Virus record (IMG/VR): IMGVR_UViG_3300045988_126619
Location: 64,001 to 128,000 of that record
Origin: a virus
Direction: 5' to 3' (one strand)
DNA length: 64,000 nucleotides
Under the pieces are notes generated by a model that saw nothing but the letters and a program-made list of their open reading frames with translations, made no database searches and was not told the origin of the DNA. Positions 43,828 through 53,037 of the stretch are shown here, in pieces; position 1 is the first letter of the stretch; each line of letters starts with the position of its first letter. The position numbers and the translations under genes are program-made.

Positions 43828-44433
43828 ATGGCAAAATATTATGCGATTAAATCAATTGATGGAGAATTAGTAAATAAGATTTATACAAGTTGGGATGAAT
43901 GTAAAGAAAAGGTTAGTGGACATAACTCAATTTATAAATCATTTAAAACACAAGAACAGGCAGAAGAATATTTAGGAAACGCACAAGAAGAAATTAAAGA
44001 GCATGAAATAAATGATAATAATGTAATATATTATGTTGATGGTTCTTATATGAATGATGTAATAGGTTGGGGTTGGGTAAAAGTAAAGAATGGTAAACAG
44101 ATAGGTTCTGATTGTGGAGGTATTAAACCAACACAAGAAAATAGTCGTAATATAACAGGAGAATTACAAGCAACTATGTTTGCAGTAAAGAACGCAATAT
44201 TAACTGGTGTGAAAGATATTTACATTGGACATGATTATCAAGGAATAAGTTGTTATGTAAGAAAAGAATGGAAACCAAAAAGTAAAGAATCAGTAGCTTA
44301 TACTAAATGGATGTTAGATGCTATAAAAAAATATAATTTAAATATTCAATTTTTTAAGATAAAAGGGCATACTGGTAATGAATGGAATGAAGTAGTAGAT
44401 AAAGTTGCTAAATTAGGGACAGAGGTGATTTAA
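43828..44433 (+). CDS. rnhA: ribonuclease HI with N-terminal hybrid-binding (Cauli_VI-like) domain
   Basis: N-terminus YYAIKS..IYTSWDECKEKVSGHNSIYKSFKTQEQAEEYL. Catalytic YVDGS, TGELQA, GHDYQG, NEVVDKVAK. Confidence 0.8.
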   Translation: MAKYYAIKSIDGELVNKIYTSWDECKEKVSGHNSIYKSFKTQEQAEEYLGNAQEEIKEHEINDNNVIYYVDGSYMNDVIGWGWVKVKNGKQIGSDCGGIKPTQENSRNITGELQATMFAVKNAILTGVKDIYIGHDYQGISCYVRKEWKPKSKESVAYTKWMLDAIKKYNLNIQFFKIKGHTGNEWNEVVDKVAKLGTEVI

Positions 44434-44723
44434 TGTATAATTTAATTTCTATATCAATATCTATTGCATTAGTAATATATATCATATGTTGTGTAGTATT
44501 GTGTTTTTATTTTTCAGAATTACTGGATAAACATAAGTTAAATATAAAAGATGCAATAAAAGATTTAACAATATTTGATATAATATTAGCGATTGTGTTT
44601 TGGGTTACTACAGTAGCTACTATTATAGTATTTATTATAGCAAAAATAATAGATAAAATTACAAAAGTTAAACTTTGGAATATGTTAAAGAAGAAGCCAT
44701 TTAAAAATATTGGTGATAAATAA
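44433..44723 (+). CDS. small two-TM membrane protein
   Basis: ISISIALVIYIICCVVLCFYF and ILAIVFWVTTVATIIVFIIA. Confidence 0.55.
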   Translation: MYNLISISISIALVIYIICCVVLCFYFSELLDKHKLNIKDAIKDLTIFDIILAIVFWVTTVATIIVFIIAKIIDKITKVKLWNMLKKKPFKNIGDK

Positions 44724-44745
44724 ATTATATTACAGAGGTGATTTA

Positions 44746-45090
44746 ATGAAAAAGGTAAGAATTAAGGAAAGAAAAATTTGTACAGAAGGTCATGAAAATA
44801 TTTTAAAATTTATTAATGAAATGTATTATATACGAGAAATTAATAAAGAGAATCCAGATATGTTTGAATTTATACTTGATAATTGTAGAGCATTTTATAA
44901 AGACATTACAAATAGTTTTAGAGAACATTTAGGAATTAACAATATTATATCATTAGGTATAGCAACACATAAAAAGACTGGAAAAGAAGTATTGTGTATT
45001 AATATTTGGGATTGTGATATTGATAAAGAAGATACAACACGTTGGTATACAATAGAAGAAGATGAAGAAGGTGTGTATATTAATGTGTAA
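44746..45090 (+). CDS. hypothetical protein
   Basis: SD AGAGGTGA before ATG 44746. Confidence 0.55.
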   Translation: MKKVRIKERKICTEGHENILKFINEMYYIREINKENPDMFEFILDNCRAFYKDITNSFREHLGINNIISLGIATHKKTGKEVLCINIWDCDIDKEDTTRWYTIEEDEEGVYINV

Positions 45091-45147
45091 AAAATAATAT
45101 CTTAGAAATATAAAAAAATATAAATTGAATATTAGGAGGAATTTATA

Positions 45148-45321
45148 ATGAAAGAACAAGAATATTTTGAAAAGTACAAACAATTAAACACTCTTAGAAT
45201 GAAAGCAGAAAAAGAAGAACCAAACAAATATATAGCGTATGGGTTTGAACAAGCTTTAATTAAATTACAGAAAGATTATCAAGAATCATTAGTAGAAGTT
45301 GGTGAGGATAATGTTGAATAG
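45148..45321 (+). CDS. 57-aa hypothetical protein (below the track cutoff)
   Basis: SD TAGGAGGA 7 nt upstream. Confidence 0.5.
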   Translation: MKEQEYFEKYKQLNTLRMKAEKEEPNKYIAYGFEQALIKLQKDYQESLVEVGEDNVE

Positions 45322-45583
45322 TTTATTAAATGTTGGGGTATCTATAGTGTTTGTGTTCTTATATATACTTTTAATAAGAGTGTTTATCAGAATATATACA
45401 ATATATGATGATACAGCACCAAAACTGGATAAGAATAAATTTTTCTATGGACTTGGTTTTGATGATTTAATAACTTATATTGGTGCATTTACAATGGGTA
45501 TATTAATTATTGCATTGTTATTTACTGTATCTGATATGTTTGGAGGATTTTTATTAAATATGATTAAAGGGGTGATTAAATAA
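45311..45583 (+). CDS. two-TM membrane protein, tandem paralog family D
   Basis: ATG 45311 follows GGTGAGG. The ..YD.T..KLD.NKFF.GL.. block is shared with 45583..45843. Confidence 0.55.
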   Translation: MLNSLLNVGVSIVFVFLYILLIRVFIRIYTIYDDTAPKLDKNKFFYGLGFDDLITYIGAFTMGILIIALLFTVSDMFGGFLLNMIKGVIK

Positions 45584-45843
45584 TGTATAATTATGTGTTT
45601 ACTCCAATGGTAGGGTTAATAACACTTGGAATATTATTTTTAATATTTAGACAAATATGTTTTATAATTGCAAAATATGATAAAACTGTTCATAAATTAG
45701 ATGATAATAAATTTTTTAAAGGGTTAGATGCAGAATATATATTTGGATGCCTTATTGTAACTGTTGTTGGAATAGCTGTGTTATTATTAATTTATGTAAT
45801 ATTAGTTGTTATAGGAAATGTTGTTATTAACACATTATTTTAA
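45583..45843 (+). CDS. two-TM membrane protein, tandem paralog family D
   Basis: SD AAGGGGTGA upstream. Start overlaps the previous stop. Confidence 0.55.
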   Translation: MYNYVFTPMVGLITLGILFLIFRQICFIIAKYDKTVHKLDDNKFFKGLDAEYIFGCLIVTVVGIAVLLLIYVILVVIGNVVINTLF

Positions 45844-45852
45844 AAAAATATA

Positions 45853-45881
45853 TTGACAAGACATAAAATAAATGATATACT
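45853..45881 (+). promoter_or_regulatory. sigma-A-type promoter with box
   Basis: -35 TTGACA 45853-45858, 17-nt spacer, -10 TATACT 45876-45881. Confidence 0.6.
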
Positions 45882-45926
45882 TAGTATATAGTAAATACTA
45901 AGTATATTTTTTTAGGAGGAATGTTT

Positions 45927-46268
45927 ATGAATAAAAATGTATTAACAGAGAGAGATTTGATGCTTATTAAAGAATGGTATTTTAATTATGTTCATGATGG
46001 AAAAGATACAGAAGAATCGGAAGCACTATACTACAAGATAGATTCAATGTTAGATAATAAGTTTAAGGATGGAACTAACTTACAAGTATTTTGGTATGAT
46101 GGTGATATTACAAACTATGTTTATAATAAAAATACACAAATGTTTGTAAATGCTGAAACAGGAAGTGTTTTTACTAGTGTAATAATTGATTGTAAATATG
46201 ATTTAGAAAAATTTGTACAACAGGCTGACTTGATTAAAGATATAAAAATTATTGATGGAGGAATGTAA
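45927..46268 (+). CDS. hypothetical protein, paralog family E
   Basis: SD AGGAGGA 7 nt before ATG 45927. The VFWYDGD..Y.Y block resembles VVWFDDT..YNY of 46271..46519. Confidence 0.55.
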   Translation: MNKNVLTERDLMLIKEWYFNYVHDGKDTEESEALYYKIDSMLDNKFKDGTNLQVFWYDGDITNYVYNKNTQMFVNAETGSVFTSVIIDCKYDLEKFVQQADLIKDIKIIDGGM

Positions 46269-46270
46269 AA

Positions 46271-46519
46271 ATGGATATTAAACATGGAGCAGTTTTAAAA
46301 GTTGTTTGGTTCGATGATACTACATCAGAATATAATTATGATTCAAATAAACAATTATTTATTAAGACAGGTGTAGATAGGGCAATTTATTTTACTAAAA
46401 CTAAAATATTCACAATAGAAGAACTAGAGGATTTTATAGAGCGTATTGATGATGATGAAATTAAAAATATTAGAGGTTATGTTCCAACAGTAATCAGTCA
46501 TATAATTTTAAATGATTAG
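46271..46519 (+). CDS. hypothetical protein, paralog family E
   Basis: SD TGGAGGA upstream. Confidence 0.55.
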   Translation: MDIKHGAVLKVVWFDDTTSEYNYDSNKQLFIKTGVDRAIYFTKTKIFTIEELEDFIERIDDDEIKNIRGYVPTVISHIILND

Positions 46520-46530
46520 GAGTGTGAAAT

Positions 46531-46941
46531 ATGAATATATATAGAACAATTAATACACAAGCAGAAAGATTATACAGTCAATATAAGGAACATGGTAATA
46601 TAATTATAGCATATGATTTTGATGATACAGTTTATGGACACAATGGAAATAATTGTGATGATGTAATAAGAGTTCTTAGATGTTGTAAGCAAGCAAATAT
46701 AGGTAGATTTATTTGTTATACTGCAAGTAAAGAAGAACGATATCCGTTTATAGAGCAGTATTGTAAAGATATGAATTTACCATTGGATAAAATAAATGAT
46801 GGTTTTGATGATGTTAACCACGTTAACGGTGGAAAGATTTATTATAATATATTTTTAGATGATAAAGCAGGTTTAGGACAAGCACTTGAAACATTACAGA
46901 TTGTATTAAATAGGATTATAGATAATACAGATGCTTTTTAA
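46531..46941 (+). CDS. small HAD-superfamily phosphatase-like protein
   Basis: IIAYDFDDTV (DxDxT/V motif I) and C-terminal IFLDDKAG (motif IV-like). Confidence 0.45.
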   Translation: MNIYRTINTQAERLYSQYKEHGNIIIAYDFDDTVYGHNGNNCDDVIRVLRCCKQANIGRFICYTASKEERYPFIEQYCKDMNLPLDKINDGFDDVNHVNGGKIYYNIFLDDKAGLGQALETLQIVLNRIIDNTDAF

Positions 46942-46954
46942 GGAGATGATAAAC

Positions 46955-47329
46955 ATGATAGAGATGGAAGAAATTAATAATATATCATATGAAACTTGTT
47001 TGTGTATATTGCGTAATCCAAACATAAGTAAAGACGTTAAGTTATATCAAGTATTAGATATGGTTGAACAGGGGATGGTGTCAGTAAGAACAGCTTTGTT
47101 GTTGTTATATAAGTATAAAGTAATAACACAAACTTATGCAGAAATAGAATCAGAGCATAACAAGAATTATTTGAAATATTATCAAATGTTAAATAAGACT
47201 TCAAGAACGTGTCAGAAATGTGGAGAAACAAAGTCATATACATTAGATATTGAAAGAAGGGATGTACCATACAATATATTATGTGAAGAATGTTGGGTTG
47301 AGTATATGAACGATAATGATTTAGCATAA
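46955..47329 (+). CDS. hypothetical protein with C-terminal CxxC..CxxC zinc-ribbon-like motif
   Basis: SD AAGGAG 9 nt before ATG 46955. CQKCGE..x19..CEECW. Confidence 0.5.
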   Translation: MIEMEEINNISYETCLCILRNPNISKDVKLYQVLDMVEQGMVSVRTALLLLYKYKVITQTYAEIESEHNKNYLKYYQMLNKTSRTCQKCGETKSYTLDIERRDVPYNILCEECWVEYMNDNDLA

Positions 47330-47354
47330 AATAAATGATAGGAGAGGTAAAGAT

Positions 47355-49538
47355 ATGAGAACATTAGTTTTACTTAGAGGAAGTGCAGGATGTGGCAAAT
47401 CAACATTTATTAAGGAGCATAAGTTAGAGGACTATACGTTGTCCTCTGACAGTTTTAGATTATTATATAGTTCACCTATATTAATGAATGATGGAACACA
47501 ATCAATTAGTGGAAAACATGAGAAAAAGACATGGGAAACATTATTTAATATCCTAGAATATAGAATGGAACAAGGGTTATTTACAGTAATAGATGCTACT
47601 AATAGTAAGGTTTCTGAAATTAACAAATATAAAAAACTTGCTGAATTTTATAGATATAATATTATTGTAGTAGATTTTACAGATTTGCCAAGAGAAGAAT
47701 GTAAGATTAGAAATGCAAATAGAGAACCTAGTTATAAAATAGTTCCAAATGTTGTAATAGATAAATTCTATGATAGATTTGATAAAAAGGAAAAGTTAAG
47801 TGGAGTAACAGTTATTAAACCACATGAATTTGAACAAGCTATAAGGATTACACCTATTAATGTATCTAACTATAATGATATTCAAATCATAGGAGATATT
47901 CATGGTTGTTATGATGCACTAATGACAATGTTAGAAGGTGGACAATTAAAAGAAGATAGATTATATATATTCACAGGAGATTTTTGTGATAGAGGTATCC
48001 AAAATGCAGAAGTGTTAGAATATTTATTCACTATTATGAACAATGATAATGTAATTTTATTAGAAGGAAACCATGAAAGAGCCTTATGGAGATATGCAAA
48101 TGATTTATATAGTCAACGAAGACAATTTGAAAAATATACAAAAGAAGAATTAATTAATAAAAATGTTTCTAAATCAAAAATTAGACATTTATATAGAAGA
48201 TTAAGGCAAATGGCTTTATTAAAGTTTGATGAAAAGACATTATTTATTTGTCATGGTGGTATTACTAATTTATCACAAGATTTACATTTGATTTCAGCAG
48301 AACAATTAATTTATGGTGTAGGTAATTATGAAGAAGTTGAAATTATTGATAATATATTTGAATTAAACACAAGTTCTACAACTTATCAGATACATGGACA
48401 TAGAAATGTTAATAGTAAACCTATTAATATAACACCAAGATGTTTCTGTTTAGAAGATAGAGTAGAATTTGGTGGGAATTTAAGAAGTGTAATATTTACA
48501 CACTCTATAATTAAAACTGTATCAGTAAAGAATGATACATATAAAGATTCAGAATACACAGAGGATAAAGATATTGTTATAGAGCCAAACATATTAGATA
48601 GATTAAGAAGTAGTGAATTAATTAGAGAAGTTAAGTTTGGTAATATTTCATCATTCAATTTTACAAGAAAAGCTTTTAATAATAAAGAATGGAATAATGA
48701 AACAATCAAAGCGAGAGGTTTATATGTAAATACTAATACAAAAGATATAGTTATAAGAAGTTATGATAAATTCTTTAATGTTAATGAAAGAGAAGAAACA
48801 CAATTACAGAACCTTTGTAAATCACTTTCTTATCCTGCTACAGCGTATGTTAAGTACAATGGATATCTTGGTCTAGTTGGTTATGATAACGAATCTGACA
48901 AGCTGTTAGTGGCTTCTAAATCACGATTGGATGGAGATTATGCAGACTGGATAAGAGAGATAATAAATACATGGGAAGATGATAAAATTCAATTCATGCA
49001 AGATTATGTTAAAAAGAACAAATGTACGCTAGTATTTGAAGTTATTGTTCCAGAACATGATACTCATATGATTAAGTATGATAAGTCTGAATTAGTGCTT
49101 TTATCCATTGTCAGAAATAATATTGAATTTGAACAGCTACCATATGAAGAAGTAATCGAACTTGGACACCGTTTAAATTTAAATTTTAAAGAGAAAGCAA
49201 TTGTTTTAAATAATAAGGAAGAGTTTTTGTCATGGTATAGAGAAGTTACACAAGAAGACTATATGTATAATGGTGAAGATATTGAAGGCTTTGTAATAGA
49301 GGATTCTAAAGGATTTATGACAAAAATTAAGTGTAGTTATTATACATTTTGGAAACATATGCGAGCATTAGTGGGAAGATATAAAAAACAAGGATATTAT
49401 ATGGATACTTCCAATTTAAATGATAGAGCATTATTATTCTTAGAATTTTTAAAGACATTACCAAAAGAACAATTGGAATATGATATCATTACATTAAGAG
49501 ATATGTTTTACAATTATGTTATTAATAAATTTTTTTAA
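47355..49538 (+). CDS. trifunctional polynucleotide kinase / metallophosphatase / RNA-ligase-like repair enzyme (bacterial Pnkp architecture)
   Basis: P-loop GSAGCGKST; GDIHGC, GDFCDRG, GNHE, HGH; ligase motifs KYNGYLG (I), EGFVIE (IV), TKIK (V). 727 aa. Confidence 0.75.
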   Translation: MRTLVLLRGSAGCGKSTFIKEHKLEDYTLSSDSFRLLYSSPILMNDGTQSISGKHEKKTWETLFNILEYRMEQGLFTVIDATNSKVSEINKYKKLAEFYRYNIIVVDFTDLPREECKIRNANREPSYKIVPNVVIDKFYDRFDKKEKLSGVTVIKPHEFEQAIRITPINVSNYNDIQIIGDIHGCYDALMTMLEGGQLKEDRLYIFTGDFCDRGIQNAEVLEYLFTIMNNDNVILLEGNHERALWRYANDLYSQRRQFEKYTKEELINKNVSKSKIRHLYRRLRQMALLKFDEKTLFICHGGITNLSQDLHLISAEQLIYGVGNYEEVEIIDNIFELNTSSTTYQIHGHRNVNSKPINITPRCFCLEDRVEFGGNLRSVIFTHSIIKTVSVKNDTYKDSEYTEDKDIVIEPNILDRLRSSELIREVKFGNISSFNFTRKAFNNKEWNNETIKARGLYVNTNTKDIVIRSYDKFFNVNEREETQLQNLCKSLSYPATAYVKYNGYLGLVGYDNESDKLLVASKSRLDGDYADWIREIINTWEDDKIQFMQDYVKKNKCTLVFEVIVPEHDTHMIKYDKSELVLLSIVRNNIEFEQLPYEEVIELGHRLNLNFKEKAIVLNNKEEFLSWYREVTQEDYMYNGEDIEGFVIEDSKGFMTKIKCSYYTFWKHMRALVGRYKKQGYYMDTSNLNDRALLFLEFLKTLPKEQLEYDIITLRDMFYNYVINKFF

Positions 49539-49546
49539 AAAAGGTA

Positions 49547-49575
49547 TTGACATAAAATAAATGATAGTATATAAT
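49547..49575 (+). promoter_or_regulatory. consensus promoter with box (head of the PspA/TerD module)
   Basis: -35 TTGACA 49547-49552, 17-nt spacer, -10 TATAAT 49570-49575. Confidence 0.8.
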
Positions 49576-49599
49576 AGAATCATAAGGAAGGTGTTAAAT

Positions 49600-49779
49600 A
49601 TGATGAAAAAATTTAAAAAAGATAAGATTGTTTTAGAAGGTGGTTACGTTCCCACAAGATTTACAAATGTAGAAGGAAGTCTTCAAGAAATTAATAGGGG
49701 TTGTGGTATTCACAAATCTAAAAAAGCTTATAAAAGAAATCTAAAACACAGAAAGAAGGAATTAGAATATGATTTTTAA
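49600..49779 (+). CDS. 59-aa basic protein
   Basis: SD AAGGAAGG 8 nt before ATG 49600. The track start at 49561 lies inside the promoter box. Confidence 0.5.
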   Translation: MMKKFKKDKIVLEGGYVPTRFTNVEGSLQEINRGCGIHKSKKAYKRNLKHRKKELEYDF

Positions 49780-50431
49780 GAAAATTTGGCAAACAATTAA
49801 AAAGGTCTTATCATTCTTATCTCATAGAGTAGATAAATCAATTCCAGTAGAAGACCAATTAGAAATTATGAAAAAAGACCTACTACAAAAGAAACATGAT
49901 ATTGAAAATAATTCTAATCTTATGCAAATAAGAGGGATGAAACAACAATATGAGCAGGAACTCAAAGACCTAAGAAGAGAATTTGCAAATGCAAACTTTG
50001 ATAAAACTATTAAATTTTTAAAAGATAATAATGATACAGAACACGCATTAGAAACACTAAAGAAAAAGAAAAGACTAGAATCAAAAATAGAAGCAACTAA
50101 GGATAGACTTAAACAAGCAAAAGAAGCTGATAGAAATATCGTTAAGAAATTAAATCTATTAGATGCTAAGATTCAAGCTACAACAGATAAGATTGAAGAA
50201 TTAAAAGAAAGAAATCAATATGCAGAACAAACAAATGCTATTGCTGATTTAATGAACCAATTAAACGATATTGATACTGGTGTAGATGTTGATGGAATTT
50301 CAGATAGAATTAAATCTATTGAAAGAGAATCTAATGGAAGACTTGATGAATTTAATAGAAGAAGTTCTGGAGAAATTGCTAGACAAGAATCTTTAGATAA
50401 TGCTTTACTAGAAGAATTAAATAATTATTAA
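49769..50431 (+). CDS. PspA/IM30-family coiled-coil membrane-stress protein
   Basis: N-terminal amphipathic IWQTIKKVLSFL, then PVEDQLEIMKKDL, then a long heptad-rich region. 220 aa, the typical PspA size. Confidence 0.6.
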   Translation: MIFKKIWQTIKKVLSFLSHRVDKSIPVEDQLEIMKKDLLQKKHDIENNSNLMQIRGMKQQYEQELKDLRREFANANFDKTIKFLKDNNDTEHALETLKKKKRLESKIEATKDRLKQAKEADRNIVKKLNLLDAKIQATTDKIEELKERNQYAEQTNAIADLMNQLNDIDTGVDVDGISDRIKSIERESNGRLDEFNRRSSGEIARQESLDNALLEELNNY

Positions 50432-50456
50432 TTAAATAATATACGAAAAAATAATT

Positions 50457-50480
50457 GAGGTGTAAATCATTATACACCTC
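50457..50480 (+). other. perfect 8-bp hairpin after the pspA-like gene
   Basis: GAGGTGTA-N8-TACACCTC, with no T-run. It directly precedes the box at 50487-50499. Confidence 0.4.
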
Positions 50481-50517
50481 ACACATAAAATAAATGATAA
50501 AAAGGAGAATGAAAAGT

Positions 50518-50934
50518 ATGAGATATGAAGTAGATATGAAATTAAGTGGAAAAATAGATGGAAGTGAAATAGAACAATTATTAACAACAACTGTTGTTAG
50601 AACATTAGTTGGAGGTATGCTATTATTAAAAGATGAAGAATATATTGAAGAAAGAGGTCTAACAAAAAAAGATTTAGCTGAAATAAAAGACAAAATGGAA
50701 ACTGCTAAAAAAGATTACTTAGAATTATTAGGAAATTTAGATGGAGTTACACCAGTAGGTGATAAACAAGCTAGATTTATTAGTGTAAATATGACTAATC
50801 CAACAGATATTAATTCGGTGGCACTTGTAGTTTTAAAAGGAATTACTGTATCAAATGAAGAAGAATTATTAAAGTTTGCAGGAGCAAAGTTAATAGAAGA
50901 AGATGATATAATTTATGCTGAAACAGTATTATAG
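50518..50934 (+). CDS. acidic 138-aa protein, TerD-partner paralog 1
   Basis: MRYEVDMKLSG.. and ..EEELLKFAGAKLIEEDD align with MKYKVDERLSG.. and ..DEELLKFVSAKIMIDNED of 53038..53460. Confidence 0.6.
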   Translation: MRYEVDMKLSGKIDGSEIEQLLTTTVVRTLVGGMLLLKDEEYIEERGLTKKDLAEIKDKMETAKKDYLELLGNLDGVTPVGDKQARFISVNMTNPTDINSVALVVLKGITVSNEEELLKFAGAKLIEEDDIIYAETVL

Positions 50935-50946
50935 GGGGTAGTTTAT

Positions 50947-51501
50947 ATGGCAGTAACATTACAAAAAAGACAGGGAATATCATTATCAAAAGGTTTCTCT
51001 AAATTAAGATTTACAGTAAATTGGGAGTATAAAGATGCAGATGTAGACATTGAAGCAATTGTTGTAGATGATGGTATTGCTTTAATTGATGAAGACCTAG
51101 TTTTTTATGGCAATTTAAGACATCCAAGTAAATCAGTTAGACATTTAGGAGATATAAGAAATGGTGGTGGTTCTGATGGTGGAACTGAAACTATATCAAT
51201 AGATTTAACTAAACTACCTAATGATAGAAATGAAATTATTCTAACAGCTTCAATAGATGGAGCAGAATCAAACGGAAATAATTTTGGTAATATAGGTAAA
51301 GTTAGATGTGAATTAATTGATGATACAAATAGTAAATTATTAGCAACATATGATGTTGATGTTGATTTAGATATGGAAATTGCAGGAGTGTTATGTAGAA
51401 TATATAGAAAAGAAGATAATCAATTTGGATATGAAACAGTTGGGCAAGCTTATCCAAGCTTAGAAAGTATGGTAACACATTACGGAATAGTGGTGGCATA
51501 A
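50947..51501 (+). CDS. terD: TerD-domain stress protein
   Basis: MAVTLQKRQGISL.., DVDIEAIVV, DLVFYGN, HLGDIRNGGGSDGGTETISIDL (Ca-binding GD..G..D/E loop). 184 aa. Confidence 0.8.
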   Translation: MAVTLQKRQGISLSKGFSKLRFTVNWEYKDADVDIEAIVVDDGIALIDEDLVFYGNLRHPSKSVRHLGDIRNGGGSDGGTETISIDLTKLPNDRNEIILTASIDGAESNGNNFGNIGKVRCELIDDTNSKLLATYDVDVDLDMEIAGVLCRIYRKEDNQFGYETVGQAYPSLESMVTHYGIVVA

Positions 51502-51509
51502 AATAAACG

Positions 51510-51545
51510 ACAGCAGGACTTATTATATAGGTTCTGCTGTATTTA
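51510..51545 (+). terminator. terminator-like hairpin
   Basis: 10-bp stem ACAGCAGGAC/GTTCTGCTGT (one G-U), 11-nt loop, ATTT. Confidence 0.45.
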
Positions 51546-51564
51546 AAAACGAGGAGAGAGAACT

Positions 51565-51900
51565 ATGAAGAATAAAGAAATTATTAAATTAGATGAAAAT
51601 AGATGGGTATTATGGTCATATACAGAAGGAGTTATTTTGACTTGTGATTCAGAAGGAGATTTATTAGAGTATTTAGAAGATTGTAAATGTGTAGATTTAG
51701 ATGTAAAGGAATTTTTAGTTAATAGTAAAATATATGGAGCAAAATTAGAATGTATTGAAGAACTTATGACATATTCTGATAATGAAGATGATTGGGATAT
51801 ATTCTATAATTGGAAGAAAGAAGTGTTATGTTCTGTAGAAGATTTTGATGATTATTGCAGAGCAATAGACAATAAATTAAATGAATTATTAGAGAGGTAA
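51565..51900 (+). CDS. acidic hypothetical protein
   Basis: SD GAGGAGAG upstream. Confidence 0.55.
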   Translation: MKNKEIIKLDENRWVLWSYTEGVILTCDSEGDLLEYLEDCKCVDLDVKEFLVNSKIYGAKLECIEELMTYSDNEDDWDIFYNWKKEVLCSVEDFDDYCRAIDNKLNELLER

Positions 51901-51904
51901 TTAA

Positions 51905-52324
51905 ATGAGTTATGAAGTAACTGTAAGAGAAAGCACAATAAAAATTAAAAAAGAACTTGTTAAACAAGCTTTGGAAGATATTTGCAATCACCAAAAACAA
52001 CATGGAACATTTCAATATTGCTATTTTTTTAATATTGAAGATATAAATTTTAATAATTATGGAATAGATGATAATACATGGAGTGCAATAGATATATTTC
52101 ATGATTGTCTAGGGTTGGTCTGTAAATATGAAGATGATTGTTTATTTATAAAAAGATTAAGATATGACGGTTTAGCAGAAGAATTAGATATATTTAATGT
52201 CATAGCACCATATTGTTATGATGGGGGATATATGGAGTTTTGTGGAGAAGACGGAGAACTATTTAGATACACAATAAAAGATGAATCATGTATAGAACAA
52301 AGTCCTAAAATAGTTTGGGAATAA
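51905..52324 (+). CDS. hypothetical protein
   Basis: SD AGAGAGG upstream. Confidence 0.55.
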   Translation: MSYEVTVRESTIKIKKELVKQALEDICNHQKQHGTFQYCYFFNIEDINFNNYGIDDNTWSAIDIFHDCLGLVCKYEDDCLFIKRLRYDGLAEELDIFNVIAPYCYDGGYMEFCGEDGELFRYTIKDESCIEQSPKIVWE

Positions 52325-52348
52325 ATAAAAAAATATTTTAAAAAAGTA

Positions 52349-52377
52349 TTGACATAAAATAAATGATATGATATACT
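52349..52377 (+). promoter_or_regulatory. sigma-A-type promoter with box
   Basis: -35 TTGACA 52349-52354, 17-nt spacer, -10 TATACT 52372-52377. The leader has a TTGTAGT/ACTACAA hairpin. Confidence 0.6.
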
Positions 52378-52430
52378 AATATTGTAGTCAAGGGAACTAC
52401 AAAATAATAAATAGAAAGAGGGATAAATAA

Positions 52431-52985
52431 ATGGCAATTCAATTATCAAAGAACAAAGGAATTAATTTAAAGAAAGGCTTGGACAAAGTAAGATTTGTTG
52501 TAAGATGGGATTCTAAAGAAGATGTAGATATCCAAGCATTAGTTTTAAAAGACGGACAATCAAGTGCTGATGAAGATTTAGTATTCTACAATCAACCAAC
52601 ACATCCTACAGGAGCAGTAAAACATTCTGGAGATGTAAGAGATGGTTCAAAAGTAGATGGTGATGATGAATATATTGATATTACATTATCTGCTTTACAT
52701 CCACAAAAGAATCAAGTATTATTAACTGCTTCAATAGATAATGCAGTAGAAAAAGGTGTTGATTTTGGAAGTATTGGAAAAGTTACTTGTGAACTTATAA
52801 ATGCTAGTAACAATGAAGTTTTAGCAACATATCAAGTTGATAAAGACTTAGACATGGAAGCTTGTGGAGTTCTTTGTGAATTAAAGAAGAGTGATAATGG
52901 AAGTTGGGATTATAAAGCTGTAGGTCAAGCTTATATGGACTTAGGAGATATGTTAACATCATATGGATTCAATATAGCAGATTAA
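52431..52985 (+). CDS. terD: TerD-domain stress protein
   Basis: MAIQLSKNKGINL.., DVDIQALVL, DLVFYNQ, HSGDVRDGSKVDGDDEYIDITL. 184 aa. Clear paralog of 50947..51501. Confidence 0.8.
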   Translation: MAIQLSKNKGINLKKGLDKVRFVVRWDSKEDVDIQALVLKDGQSSADEDLVFYNQPTHPTGAVKHSGDVRDGSKVDGDDEYIDITLSALHPQKNQVLLTASIDNAVEKGVDFGSIGKVTCELINASNNEVLATYQVDKDLDMEACGVLCELKKSDNGSWDYKAVGQAYMDLGDMLTSYGFNIAD

Positions 52986-53037
52986 TATTAATAAAACATA
53001 AAATAAATGATAATAAATAAAAAGGAGAGATTTGAAT

